64,000 bases of DNA from Polyangiales bacterium (lineage in GTDB: Bacteria > Myxococcota_A > Polyangia > Polyangiales > Houyiibacteriaceae), in the NCBI GenBank assembly GCA_035466435.1, contig DATIUW010000324.1, positions 1,208-65,207 on the forward strand. Direction: 5' to 3'. Made by a program: the position numbers and the translations under genes. Below are positions 9,238 through 18,794 of this stretch, piece by piece. A model generated the notes under the pieces. That model worked only from the letters and a program-made list of their open reading frames with translations. It was not told where the DNA came from and did not search any database. Positions within the stretch are counted from its first letter, which is position 1; every line of letters starts with the position of its first letter.

Positions 9238-11844
9238 GTGAGTGATTTGGCTGGCGCGGACAAGCGAAAGCGCCGACGGCGCCCGCGGCCCGGCGACTTG
9301 CCGGCGGGCGGGTCCTCGTTACGCTTGTTGGCCTTGGGTTATTCTTCTCACATCGTCAGCGCGGTCGCTCCCAAGACCCCGCGATACGGACGCCTGGCGC
9401 TGACGACGCTGCTCGTCATCGCGTGGTCCGTTTTCGGGGCAAGCTGCTCGGACGCGGCGACCACCCAGCTGGTGGTCCTGATGGACACCGACTACGCCGT
9501 GCCTGCAGAGGTGGATCGCATTCGGGCCCGAGTCGCCAAACGGATCGAAACCGATGCGGGCACCGAAGAGGTGGAGACCTGGGCTCGCGTCTTTCCGGTC
9601 TCGAACGAGACGACGGCGGCGTCGGGAACGTACGGGTTGCCCGCCACCTTCGCGATTTTGCCTCAGAGCGCCGATCTGGATCGCGAAATCATCATCGAGC
9701 TCGAGGCGCTTGGCGTGGGCGGCGAACGGGCCTTGGTCAGTCGGCGCGTGCGAACCAGTTTCGTACGTGGCGAGGCGCGGCTGGTCCGGGTGCTCCTCTA
9801 TAGTGCCTGCGAGTCGCTGTCCTGCCCGGCTCAGCAGAGCTGCGGCTGCTCCGACGGCACCTCGTGCACGACGCCCACTTGCGTCGATGAATGGATCCCG
9901 CCTGACATGCTCGAATCGATCGAGGATCCGGGAGCACTGCCCCCCAACTCGGACTTTCCGAGCACCGGAGAGCCCGATGGGGGGACGCCGGATGGAAGCG
10001 TCGGACCGGACGACGGCGGAACCGAGCCAGATGGGTCCGTCGAACCGGACGGCGGCACACAGTGCGAGCTGCCGCTCACCGAGTGCGACTCGGAGTGCGT
10101 CGACACGCAGATCGACCCCCGATATTGTGGCGACTGCATGACCGAGTGTCCCGGCGGATTCGTCTGCGACGCGGGCTCGTGCGTGGATCCCGGCGACTGT
10201 CGCACGAACGGGGTCGGATGCTCCGGATTCACCTATTGCGATGAAGCCACGGGTGACTGCTTGCGCGGTTGCACCGACGACCTGCAATGCATCAAGGACC
10301 ACGAAGTTTGCGACGTCCAAACGCACACGTGCGTGTGCACCGACGGGTTCGAACGCTGTGCGTTCGACTGTGTGGACACTCGAAGCGACCCCCGCTTTTG
10401 TGGCGACTGCGACACCTCGTGTCCGCTTGGCGAGGTGTGCGAGGCCAGCGCTTGCCTGGATCTGGGAGACTGCCGCATCAACGAGCTCGGCTGCAGTGGA
10501 TTCACTTATTGCGACGAAGCCACGGGCGACTGCCTCCGCGGTTGCGAAGACGACGCGCAATGCACGGGCGACGACCAGGTATGCAACATCACCACCCATG
10601 AATGCGTGTGCGCTCCCGGTTTCCACTCGTGCGGAGGAATCTGTGTTTCCGATCTCGACGTAAACACTTGTGGAACCCTGTGCACCCCTTGCCCTGCTCC
10701 TCCCAACTCGACACCGACATGCGAATCCGGCGTGTGCGGCTTCATCTGTGGCGACGACTTCGAGCCTTGTGACGATGCATGTTGTCCGATCGCTTGTCCG
10801 CCCGGCCAAGTGCGCTTCGACGACGTATGCGCTTCCGTTCACATCCAAACCGCAGACGATCAAGGCAACGTGGGTGAGTATGCTTCCATGGCTCTCGATG
10901 CCCAGGGAACGCCACGAATCGCATACTACTCCAGCAGTGGAAGCAACCTGCTCTACGCCGCCCGACAGACCGTCGTGCCGTGGCCGCGCGAAACCGCGGA
11001 CGCCCCAGGCACCGTGGGCGAGCACGCGTCCTTGAAAGTCAACGCTCAGGGCAATGCGGCGATCGCATACTACGACGCGGGCAACGGAGACCTCAAGCTC
11101 GCCACGAGGCTGAGTGGAGGCAGTTGGGCGGCGCAAGTCGTCGACGACCAAGGCGACGTGGGTCAGCACGCATCCCTGGCCTTTGGACCCACCGGGCTCG
11201 CACACATCAGCTACTACGACGAAACCAACAAAGACCTCGTGTTCGCCGCCCGGCGGAGTAACGGCACTTGGAACCTGCAGACCGTGGATGGCGCGGACGA
11301 CGTCGGGCAATACAGCTCGCTGGCGTTCGACCCCGCAGGGCTCGCCCACGTCAGCTACTACGACGAGAGCAACAAAGACCTCAAGCTCGCCACGAGACTG
11401 AGCAACGGCACCTGGACGATCGAGACCATCGACAGCGAAGGTGACGCGGGTCGGCACACTTCCCTCGCCTTTGGCCCCGAGGGCCTAGCCCGCATTGCCT
11501 ACTACGATGAAACGAACGAGGATCTCGTGCTGGCCGAAGAACAGAGCGGCGGCGCCTGGGTGCGCGTGACGATCGATGCACAGGCGGACGTGGGACGTCA
11601 CGCTTCGCTGTCGTTCGATCCGGCCGGCGTCGCTCACATCGCCTATTTCGACGAGACCAATACCGCGCTGAAGCATGCGTCGAGAAAGCCCGGTGAGGCT
11701 TGGAAGATCGAGACGATCGACGATTCGGCCGACGTCGGACGGTTCTGTTCAATCGCCGTAGACGCCGACGGCAACGCCCACGTGGCCTACTACGACGCGA
11801 GCAACACCGATCTCAAGTACGCGCTAATCGCTGCCCCCGAGTAG
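9238..11844 (+). CDS. Large probable lipoprotein with myxobacterial Cys-rich repeats followed by a seven-repeat beta-propeller-like domain
   Basis: Has a signal/lipobox-like 'LLVIAWSVFGASCSD', 'CVDTxxDPRYCGDC' type repeats, then 7 copies of a ~48-aa 'GxHxSLAFxPxGxAHIxYYDxxNxDLKxA' unit. The true start is uncertain (9238 GTG or in-frame TTG codons near 9325-9335). Confidence 0.75.
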   Translation: MSDLAGADKRKRRRRPRPGDLPAGGSSLRLLALGYSSHIVSAVAPKTPRYGRLALTTLLVIAWSVFGASCSDAATTQLVVLMDTDYAVPAEVDRIRARVAKRIETDAGTEEVETWARVFPVSNETTAASGTYGLPATFAILPQSADLDREIIIELEALGVGGERALVSRRVRTSFVRGEARLVRVLLYSACESLSCPAQQSCGCSDGTSCTTPTCVDEWIPPDMLESIEDPGALPPNSDFPSTGEPDGGTPDGSVGPDDGGTEPDGSVEPDGGTQCELPLTECDSECVDTQIDPRYCGDCMTECPGGFVCDAGSCVDPGDCRTNGVGCSGFTYCDEATGDCLRGCTDDLQCIKDHEVCDVQTHTCVCTDGFERCAFDCVDTRSDPRFCGDCDTSCPLGEVCEASACLDLGDCRINELGCSGFTYCDEATGDCLRGCEDDAQCTGDDQVCNITTHECVCAPGFHSCGGICVSDLDVNTCGTLCTPCPAPPNSTPTCESGVCGFICGDDFEPCDDACCPIACPPGQVRFDDVCASVHIQTADDQGNVGEYASMALDAQGTPRIAYYSSSGSNLLYAARQTVVPWPRETADAPGTVGEHASLKVNAQGNAAIAYYDAGNGDLKLATRLSGGSWAAQVVDDQGDVGQHASLAFGPTGLAHISYYDETNKDLVFAARRSNGTWNLQTVDGADDVGQYSSLAFDPAGLAHVSYYDESNKDLKLATRLSNGTWTIETIDSEGDAGRHTSLAFGPEGLARIAYYDETNEDLVLAEEQSGGAWVRVTIDAQADVGRHASLSFDPAGVAHIAYFDETNTALKHASRKPGEAWKIETIDDSADVGRFCSIAVDADGNAHVAYYDASNTDLKYALIAAPE
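10084..10629 (+). repeat. Intragenic tandem duplication (2 x 273 nt = 2 x 91 aa) of a Cys-rich module; a degenerate third unit follows
   Basis: Unit 1 starts at 10084 ('CDSECVDTQIDPRYCGDC...') and unit 2 at 10357 ('CAFDCVDTRSDPRFCGDC...'). The stretch 'GCSGFTYCDEATGDCLRGC' is identical in both. Confidence 0.85.
10855..11841 (+). repeat. Seven tandem ~44-50-aa coding repeats (putative propeller blades)
   Basis: Recurrent 'VG.(H/Y)(A/S)SLAF.P.GLAH(I/V)(S/A)YYDE(T/S)N.DL' motif read in the translation. Confidence 0.8.
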
Positions 11845-11864
11845 AGGTCGCTTCGTACCGATGA

Positions 11865-13097
11865 TCAAGCCAAGGTGCGGCCGAGTTGGAACTCTGTCAC
11901 CGCATCCATGACTTCGTCGAAGTCGTCCTCGCGGAAGCCCGCGCCGCTGACCAGCCAGTCGGTGTGCGAAAGATCGCGCTCACCGCGGAAATGGCCCAAG
12001 ACGTCGAGATGATCGGCGGTGCCAGCCCACAGGACCTCCCCCCAGATCATGCTCGCGGTGGGAACCAGTCCGTCGTTGAGGGAGATGTCGAACGTCCGCG
12101 CTAGCCTCTCTTCGAGATACCCGCGAACTTCGGGTGCTGGATTCGGAGGCGGGTAGACTTTCGATGTCCGCCCTGCCCCGACGTAGAGCGTCGAAAAGAA
12201 GGCAGCCGAGAGCGCCTGGATCGGGGTTCGCAGATTCTTGGCCACGCGTAGAGGCCCCGGCGGCGGCGTACGAGTGAGAACGCAACCGTAACGAAGACCG
12301 GGGTTGTTTTCGACGGCCGCATTGAAGATGTCCATCGACTCCGGCATGAGCTGAATGATCGCTCCCTGGTCGCGGCGAATTCCGTCGAACCATTCCCGAA
12401 CCTCTTCTTGACCTTCCTCGCCGAGGAAGCTCATCACCAGGTCCGCCATCCGTTCGAGAGCCTTGATTTCGAGACCGACAGCCTCGTCCACTCGGCCAAG
12501 CGATGCGATGACGGGTGCGAGAACGGTGAGGGGGGGCCCTCCGAATCGCAGCGTCGCGTACGTGAGTAGGGAAAGCGCGTGAAGGAGCCGCGTGCCCGAC
12601 AAGGTCGCGAAGAAATACGCGAGCGGCGTGCCGTAGTGGGGTGCTGCGATACTGGTCACGGTTTGGACGCGGTCGAACCAATCGGGGACCTCGGGCCCCC
12701 CGGTCGGCGAGGCCAGCAAGCGGATGTCCAGGCCTCCAGTGGAGTGGCCTACCAAATGGATGGGCCCGGACCCCTCGCCGCAACTCTGTTGAATCGCGTC
12801 GATGAGCACCTGCGTCCGGTGCACGATCGATCCGGTAGGCGGGGACGAGACCAATACGAACGCGCACTCGGCGCCCTGTTCCCAAAAGCGTCGGGCGAGG
12901 GCTTCTTCGACGTGCATGAAATAGTCGAACCCTCCGAGGCGCGCGAAGCCAAAGAGCCCGGGAACGAGCACGATGTGATGCTTTGGCCGGGCCACGGAAG
13001 GACTGTAACAGATCGGGGATCGTAAGAACGGGCACGGTCGCTGACGCTGCCGCTGACACTGTCCCTGGCCTCGACTTGGCGAGCGGGTCGGATTCAA
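11865..13097 (-). CDS. Alpha/beta-hydrolase (lipase/esterase-like)
   Basis: Has 'IVLVPGLFGF' and the nucleophile elbow 'GHSTGG'. The N-terminal ~35 codons are Arg/Gln/Cys-rich, so the start is uncertain. Confidence 0.7.
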   Translation of the reverse strand: MNPTRSPSRGQGQCQRQRQRPCPFLRSPICYSPSVARPKHHIVLVPGLFGFARLGGFDYFMHVEEALARRFWEQGAECAFVLVSSPPTGSIVHRTQVLIDAIQQSCGEGSGPIHLVGHSTGGLDIRLLASPTGGPEVPDWFDRVQTVTSIAAPHYGTPLAYFFATLSGTRLLHALSLLTYATLRFGGPPLTVLAPVIASLGRVDEAVGLEIKALERMADLVMSFLGEEGQEEVREWFDGIRRDQGAIIQLMPESMDIFNAAVENNPGLRYGCVLTRTPPPGPLRVAKNLRTPIQALSAAFFSTLYVGAGRTSKVYPPPNPAPEVRGYLEERLARTFDISLNDGLVPTASMIWGEVLWAGTADHLDVLGHFRGERDLSHTDWLVSGAGFREDDFDEVMDAVTEFQLGRTLA

Positions 13098-13125
13098 TGC
13101 GAGCTTCGCGGTGCGGGGACCGCGA

Positions 13126-13524
13126 CTAGCGTTGGTAGCAGAGTTGGAGCACGCCGCCGCCGAGTTTTCCCTTCACTCGGAGGCTTAGCTTTTCGTCACG
13201 GACGAGCTTGCGTTGGTTCAGATCGACTCCAAATCGAGCGAGCCTGTCGACCTGTGCGACGAAATCGAGCAGATCCCGTGAGAAGGTGAACCCCTGAACC
13301 TCGGGTGTCCCTGCGGCAGCTTGGATCAGATAGGGGTTACGGATGCCCAGAACTGCAGCCGGCGCTGCAAATGGCGCCGATTGGATCGCAGCAGTCGGAG
13401 GATCGGCAGAAGCGCTCTTGGCAGAGAAAAGACTGCCGATGAGGGCACACAGAAAACAGAAGACGCCCACACACGGACAGCGACGGGGGGTGCTCGACCC
13501 CCACTGAACATTCCTTCTACTCAT
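13126..13524 (-). CDS. Hypothetical small secreted protein
   Basis: Has an N-terminal hydrophobic signal ('VGVFCFLCALIGSLFSAKSASA') and high third-position GC. No motif was recognised. Confidence 0.5.
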   Translation of the reverse strand: MSRRNVQWGSSTPRRCPCVGVFCFLCALIGSLFSAKSASADPPTAAIQSAPFAAPAAVLGIRNPYLIQAAAGTPEVQGFTFSRDLLDFVAQVDRLARFGVDLNQRKLVRDEKLSLRVKGKLGGGVLQLCYQR

Positions 13525-13693
13525 CCACTGCTCACTATGGCAGAAGCCCCGTACTTACGCCAGATGGGTTAAAACCCGGCACCATGGGCACCTCTCGATG
13601 TGGAGAAGCTACCTGGTCCGTCAGCAAAAGCAAAGCATTCCTCACGTATTTTACGAAACGTTTACGTTGCACCCGAGGACTCGAGGGCGGCTG

Positions 13694-13725
13694 CAGAAAG
13701 AACAAAGCCCGGACACCGCCGGGCT
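13694..13725 (-). terminator. Rho-independent terminator downstream of ftsZ
   Basis: On the minus strand it reads 5'-AGCCCGG-CGGTGT-CCGGGCT-TTGTTCTTTCT. This is a 7-bp GC stem at 13706-13712/13719-13725, followed by a T-rich tail. It lies 30 nt after the ftsZ TAA. Confidence 0.7.
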
Positions 13726-13754
13726 TCAAGCTAAGTCTTTGAAAGCGCGAATGA

Positions 13755-14972
13755 TTACTCGGCGCCCGGCCTGCCTCGCCGCAGGTATGCCGGAATGTCC
13801 AGGACAGCCTCGTCGTGGAGCGCGCTGGCCCCAAAAGCGCGCGTGCCCGCGGTTTGAGGAACCGTCGCCGGGACGCCCTCGAGCGTCGAAGAGAAATCGT
13901 CGCTGCGGGAAGAGCTCTGCCGCGTCGCCCTATTGGCGGAGCCGCCATGGGCCGACTGACCGCTGGATGCGCCGTGGCGGAGCCCGAGCGGAATCGGTGT
14001 GTGCGCACCGCGCTCGAAGCCGGTGGCGATCACGGTGACCTTTACGGTATCGGAGAGGTTCGAATCGGTGACCACGCCGAAGATGATTTCGGCTTCCTCG
14101 TGCGCCGCTTGCTGCACCAATCCGGCGGCCTCGTTGATCTCACGGAGCTTGATGTCGGGACCTGCGGTGAAGTTGATCAAGATTCCCGTTGCGCCCTGCA
14201 CCGACACCTCGTCCAGCAGCGGCGAGTTGATCGCCATCTCCGCTGCCTCGAGTGCGCGGCGGTCGCCCTTCGCGATGCCCGTGCCCATGAGGGCTCTTCC
14301 GTTGTTCACCATGATGGTCTTCACATCGGCAAAGTCCACGTTGATCATGCCCGCGTTGATGATCAAGTCGCTGATGCCTTGCACCGCCTGCAAGAGCACG
14401 TCGTCGGCGCGCGCAAACGCATCCAGCATGGTGATGTCGTCGTCGCCGAGCGACATGAGACGCTGGTTCGGGATGGTGATGATGCTGTCGATCGATTCGC
14501 TCAGCTCTTGAACGCCCCGCTCCGCATTCTTTGCGCGCTTGCGTCCTTCGAACAGGAACGGCTTGGTCACCACCCCGACGGTGAGTGCGCCTTGATCTTG
14601 TGCAATCTGGGAGATGATCGGCGCCGCGCCCGTACCGGTGCCGCCACCCATCCCGGCCGTGATGAACACCATGTCGGCGCCCTCGAGCGCTTCGGAGATT
14701 CGTTGAACGTCTTCGAGCGCGGCCTTGCGGCCCACGTCTGGGTTGCCGCCTGCACCGAGCCCCCGTGTCAGGGTCGGCCCGAGCTGAATCTTCACCGACG
14801 CGAGGCTGCGGTCCAGCGCTTGTGCGTCCGTGTTGGCCGCGATGAACTCCACGCCTTCGAGCCCGCTCCGAATCATCGTGTTGAGCGCGTTGCCGCCACT
14901 GCCACCGATCCCCACAACCTTGATGCGTGCCTGAAGCTCCGCGTCGTCCGCAAACTCGATCGAGATACCCAT
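13755..14972 (-). CDS. ftsZ: Cell division protein FtsZ
   Basis: Has the tubulin signature 'GGGTGTGAAP', plus 'NTDAQAL' and the C-terminal peptide 'LDIPAYLRR'. Confidence 0.98.
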   Translation of the reverse strand: MGISIEFADDAELQARIKVVGIGGSGGNALNTMIRSGLEGVEFIAANTDAQALDRSLASVKIQLGPTLTRGLGAGGNPDVGRKAALEDVQRISEALEGADMVFITAGMGGGTGTGAAPIISQIAQDQGALTVGVVTKPFLFEGRKRAKNAERGVQELSESIDSIITIPNQRLMSLGDDDITMLDAFARADDVLLQAVQGISDLIINAGMINVDFADVKTIMVNNGRALMGTGIAKGDRRALEAAEMAINSPLLDEVSVQGATGILINFTAGPDIKLREINEAAGLVQQAAHEEAEIIFGVVTDSNLSDTVKVTVIATGFERGAHTPIPLGLRHGASSGQSAHGGSANRATRQSSSRSDDFSSTLEGVPATVPQTAGTRAFGASALHDEAVLDIPAYLRRGRPGAE

Positions 14973-14981
14973 CGATTCCTC

Positions 14982-16211
14982 CTAAAAGACCTCTTTGAAC
15001 CAGGCGCCGAGCCGTCGACCGAATCCGCGGCTTGCAGCCACTTCCACGGTGCGATCGGGCGCGGACGTTCCCATCAACTGCGCCGCTCCGTGCTTCACCA
15101 ATCCAACGCCGGTGGCGTAGGACGGGCTCTTCACCACGTCGATCAGCCCGCCGATGCCCGTCGGAGCGCCACGACGAACCGGTAGACCGAGAACTTCCTC
15201 GGCGAGCTCCGGCAATCCATCGAGAAGCGTGGTGCCACCAGTGACGATGGCCCCCGATGCCAGCATGTCCGTGTAACCCGTCTCGGCAATCACGTGCCGG
15301 CATGCGGCGAAGATTTCCTCCACGCGGGGCTCGATGATGTCGCAGAGCACGCGGCGCGGGATCGAACGCGGGGGGCGACCGCCGACGGAAGGGACGTCGA
15401 TGGTCTCATCGTCGTCGACCATTCGCGATGCGGCGCAGCCGTACTTGATCTTGATGCGCTCTGCTTCCGCCATCGGAGTGCGAAGACCGGTGGCGACGTC
15501 GCTCGTCAGATTGAGCCCGCCGATGGGAATCGAGCTGGTATGCACGACGGCTCCATCGACGTAGATGATGATGTCGGACGTGCCGCCGCCAATGTCGATC
15601 AACACGGCGCCAATCTCTCGCTCGTCGCTGCTGAGCACTGCATGCGCGCTCGCCAGTGGCTGTAGGACCACCTCCTCGACGAACAAGCCGCAGCGCTCCG
15701 CACACTTGGTGACGTTCGCAACGCTCGTCGATGCAGCCGTCACCATGTGAACGCGCGCCTCGAGCCGCACGCCAGCCATGCCGATTGGTTCCTTGATCCC
15801 GTCCTGCTCGTCGACGATGTACTCTTGAGGCAGCACGTGAAGCACTTGCCGATCGCCGGGCAGCGGCACGGCCTTGGCCTGCTCCAGAACCCGGGCGACA
15901 TCTTCGGCTGCGACCTCGCGATTGGCGATGGCGGCGACTCCATCCTGGTTCATTCCACGGACGTGGCTTCCGGCGATGCCCGCGTAGACCGTGTTGATCT
16001 CCACTCCGGCCATCGTTTCGGCTTGTTCGACCGCGGCGCGGATGGCTTGCACCGTCGACTCGATGTTGACGACGACGCCCTTCTTCAAGCCCTTTGAAGG
16101 AACGGACCCTATCCCGATGATGTCTAGGCCTTCTTCGGACTGCTCAGCCACGATCGCGCAGACCTTCGTCGTTCCCAGATCCAAACCCGCAATGATCTCG
16201 TTTCCCGCCAT
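14982..16211 (-). CDS. ftsA: Cell division protein FtsA
   Basis: Actin-fold motifs are present ('GLDLGTTKVCAIV', 'DIGGGTSD'). It sits between ftsQ and ftsZ. Confidence 0.95.
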   Translation of the reverse strand: MAGNEIIAGLDLGTTKVCAIVAEQSEEGLDIIGIGSVPSKGLKKGVVVNIESTVQAIRAAVEQAETMAGVEINTVYAGIAGSHVRGMNQDGVAAIANREVAAEDVARVLEQAKAVPLPGDRQVLHVLPQEYIVDEQDGIKEPIGMAGVRLEARVHMVTAASTSVANVTKCAERCGLFVEEVVLQPLASAHAVLSSDEREIGAVLIDIGGGTSDIIIYVDGAVVHTSSIPIGGLNLTSDVATGLRTPMAEAERIKIKYGCAASRMVDDDETIDVPSVGGRPPRSIPRRVLCDIIEPRVEEIFAACRHVIAETGYTDMLASGAIVTGGTTLLDGLPELAEEVLGLPVRRGAPTGIGGLIDVVKSPSYATGVGLVKHGAAQLMGTSAPDRTVEVAASRGFGRRLGAWFKEVF

Positions 16212-16344
16212 GCCTCGCCTCTGTCTGACCCATACACAAACGGGTTTTGCCGGGACAACTTTCGTGCAGAAAAAAAAGGGGCGAAATGCACTTTTTGGAT
16301 GCCGGGGATTAACCCGTCTGCGGCGCGTTCAACCGGCTCGCCGC

Positions 16345-17418
16345 TCACGGGAGGCGAACGGTTACCCGCTCAGGACTTCGAACGTTGTCGAGGTATACGT
16401 AGGAAGGTCTCGTTTTCTCACGGGCTAGTCGATCGAGGACTTGCCGCAGACGGCGAAGCTTGTGACGATGTTGACCGTTGCCCAATCGCACGTTCATCCC
16501 ATCGTCGCCGATGAAGAGCTCGATACCGTTGGCTCCGGCGAAATGAATTTCGGAAACCGGCTCCCGCGAGGCGAGGCCGGCACCCTCGTAGTCCTGCAAC
16601 AGAGCCATCGATTGAAGCAGCACGGAGGTGCGATAGTCGAGATCATCGTAGAATTGCTCCGATGCGATCCCGGTGATGACCGGTAGGTCGACGGGGTCGT
16701 CGACCCCGAGCCGCTTGAACACGGCGCCATCGTCGCTCACCAGATAGAGCTGATCCAAAGCAACCAAGGCGACGGGACGCCGCTCCACGACCTGAATGCG
16801 AACGCGTCCCGGCAGCCTCCGAACGACCTTCGCTTCCTCCACCCATGGATGTCGAAGCAAGTGATTGCGGGCCTCTTCGGCTGAAACCTCGAAAATGTTT
16901 GAGCCTATGTGCAAATGCGCCGCCCGACGAACGTCGATGTCTTCGAGCTGACGATTGCCTTCGATGATGATTTCGCGAATTGCGAACGCATCCGCAGTGT
17001 GGGCGTACCGAATGGTCTGGTTTCCAAGCCAGCCGAGCGCGGCGAGGGCGGCACCCAGGAGCAGGAGCCGCCCGGCCCGGCGAGCCGATCCCTGATGACG
17101 TATGATCCAGCTGCTGATCGAATCGCGCAGGCCGGACGCGCGCTCTCGCCAGCTCGTGCGAGGTGTGCGTGCTGGACGCTCCCTGCTAGCCCGGCGACGG
17201 CGGTTTCGGACACCTTCGTCTTTGCGCGCGGCTTTTCTGGCCGTGATTCGCCTGACGAACGCGGAGCGGGACGCAGGCTTCTTGGCGACTTTCTTCACCA
17301 CGGCGTTGCGCCGCGCAGGCCGCTTTCGGCTCTCTTTTTGCGCGGCCGGCTTGCTTCGTATGGGCTTTTTGCGGACCGGCTTCTTCCGGACGGCCGATGG
17401 GGCCCGTCGGCGGTTCAT
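16345..17418 (-). CDS. ftsQ: Cell division protein FtsQ with a long polybasic N-terminal extension
   Basis: Has a TM helix ('[14 protein letters not shown]') and a POTRA region ('[12 protein letters not shown]...[14 protein letters not shown]'). Its ATG overlaps the murC TGA (ATGA at 17415-17418). Confidence 0.85.
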   Translation of the reverse strand: MNRRRAPSAVRKKPVRKKPIRSKPAAQKESRKRPARRNAVVKKVAKKPASRSAFVRRITARKAARKDEGVRNRRRRASRERPARTPRTSWRERASGLRDSISSWIIRHQGSARRAGRLLLLGAALAALGWLGNQTIRYAHTADAFAIREIIIEGNRQLEDIDVRRAAHLHIGSNIFEVSAEEARNHLLRHPWVEEAKVVRRLPGRVRIQVVERRPVALVALDQLYLVSDDGAVFKRLGVDDPVDLPVITGIASEQFYDDLDYRTSVLLQSMALLQDYEGAGLASREPVSEIHFAGANGIELFIGDDGMNVRLGNGQHRHKLRRLRQVLDRLAREKTRPSYVYLDNVRSPERVTVRLP

Positions 17419-18788
17419 CGGCGGAGGACCTCGAGCAGCTCGGGGCCCGTCTTGGTGATGTCTCCCGCCCCGAGCGTTATCACCACGTCACCTGGGCGCA
17501 CCCGCGCGCCGATCGCCTCCGCCAAGTCTTTCCGGTCCTCTATGAACGTCACGTCGCGATGTCCGTGCGCGCGAATGGCGTCCGCCAGTCGGCGTGCATC
17601 CGCCCCTTCGATTGGTTTTTCACCCGCGGCGTACACCTCGGTCAAGAATAGGACATCGGCGCGATTGAACGCCCGAGTGAGCTCATCGAACAAGCTCCGC
17701 GTCCGCGTATAGCGATGCGGCTGGAACGCGACGACCAAACGCTGCCCGTAAGCCCGCTGCGCCGCCTCCAGTGTCACCTCCACCTCCGCGGGGTGGTGAC
17801 CGTAGTCGTCTATGATGGTCACATCCCGTTCTTCACCGACGATCGAAAAGCGACGCTGCACGCCTTCGAAGCTGCGCAGCGCCGAGCGGACCTGATCGTG
17901 ATCCACCCGAAGCTCGTCTGCGACTGCGATCGTTGCAAGGGCGTTGAGGACGTTGTGAATTCCAGGCATGCGAACCTCGAACTGTCCGAGGGGCTTGCCG
18001 GCATGCTCCACGTCGAAGCCTACGGACAGACCGGAGAAGACGGGCTCCCGTGCCCGATAGTCCGCCTGCGCCGAGAGCCCGTACGTCACGATGCGCTTGT
18101 CGATGCGGGGCAGGATGTCCTGGACGTTGGGATGATCGAGACACGCCACGACCAGTCCGTAGAACGGAACTCGATTGGCGAAGCCGACGAAGGCGTCTTT
18201 GACGCCGTCCAGGTCTCCGTAGTGGTCGAGGTGCTCCGGATCGATGTTGGTAATCACCGCGATGGACGGAATCAAGTGTAGGAACGACCCGTCGGACTCA
18301 TCCGCTTCGGCAACCAACAGATCTCCGGCTCCCGTGGCAGCACCCGAGCCCAGCGCGTTGAGCTTCCCGCCGATGACGACGGTTGGATCGAGGCCGGCTG
18401 CTCGCAGCACGGTCGCGACCAACGAAGTCGTAGTCGTCTTGCCATGCGAGCCGGCGATTGCGATTCCATCTTTGAGTCGCATGAGCTCCCCGAGCATCTC
18501 CGCTCGCGGTATGACCGGCACCCCGGATCGCCGCGCCGCCACCAACTCCGGATTGCTGGGTGGAACGGCTGACGAGAAAACGACGACATCGGCCTGGGCC
18601 ACCTGCTCTGCGGCGTGCCCAACGAATATCTTGGCACCCTTGGTCGCGAGGCGCTTCGTGTACTCGTTTTCCCTCAGATCCGAGCCGGTCACGTCGAAAC
18701 CGGAGTCGAGTAGCACCTCTGCGATTCCGCTCATGCCAACGCCGCCAACGCCCACGAAATGGATCGACCGAATCCTGCCTCGAAACAT
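17415..18788 (-). CDS. murC: UDP-N-acetylmuramate--L-alanine ligase
   Basis: '[18 protein letters not shown]', '[10 protein letters not shown]' and overall Mur ligase architecture. Confidence 0.95.
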   Translation of the reverse strand: MFRGRIRSIHFVGVGGVGMSGIAEVLLDSGFDVTGSDLRENEYTKRLATKGAKIFVGHAAEQVAQADVVVFSSAVPPSNPELVAARRSGVPVIPRAEMLGELMRLKDGIAIAGSHGKTTTTSLVATVLRAAGLDPTVVIGGKLNALGSGAATGAGDLLVAEADESDGSFLHLIPSIAVITNIDPEHLDHYGDLDGVKDAFVGFANRVPFYGLVVACLDHPNVQDILPRIDKRIVTYGLSAQADYRAREPVFSGLSVGFDVEHAGKPLGQFEVRMPGIHNVLNALATIAVADELRVDHDQVRSALRSFEGVQRRFSIVGEERDVTIIDDYGHHPAEVEVTLEAAQRAYGQRLVVAFQPHRYTRTRSLFDELTRAFNRADVLFLTEVYAAGEKPIEGADARRLADAIRAHGHRDVTFIEDRKDLAEAIGARVRPGDVVITLGAGDITKTGPELLEVLRR

Positions 18789-18794
18789 GCGCGG

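Noticed and set aside
9319-11457. 712-aa ORF antisense to the large Cys-rich/propeller lipoprotein gene
   Set aside because: Long stop-free antisense frames are expected at ~70% GC. The product is Arg/Ala/Gly-rich with no motifs, whereas the sense strand has clear repeat architecture and codon bias.
13815-15185. 456-aa ORF antisense to ftsZ, and a 387-aa ORF (14140..15303) in another frame
   Set aside because: ftsZ is unambiguous on the minus strand. These overlapping frames lack motifs and are Arg/His-rich artefacts.
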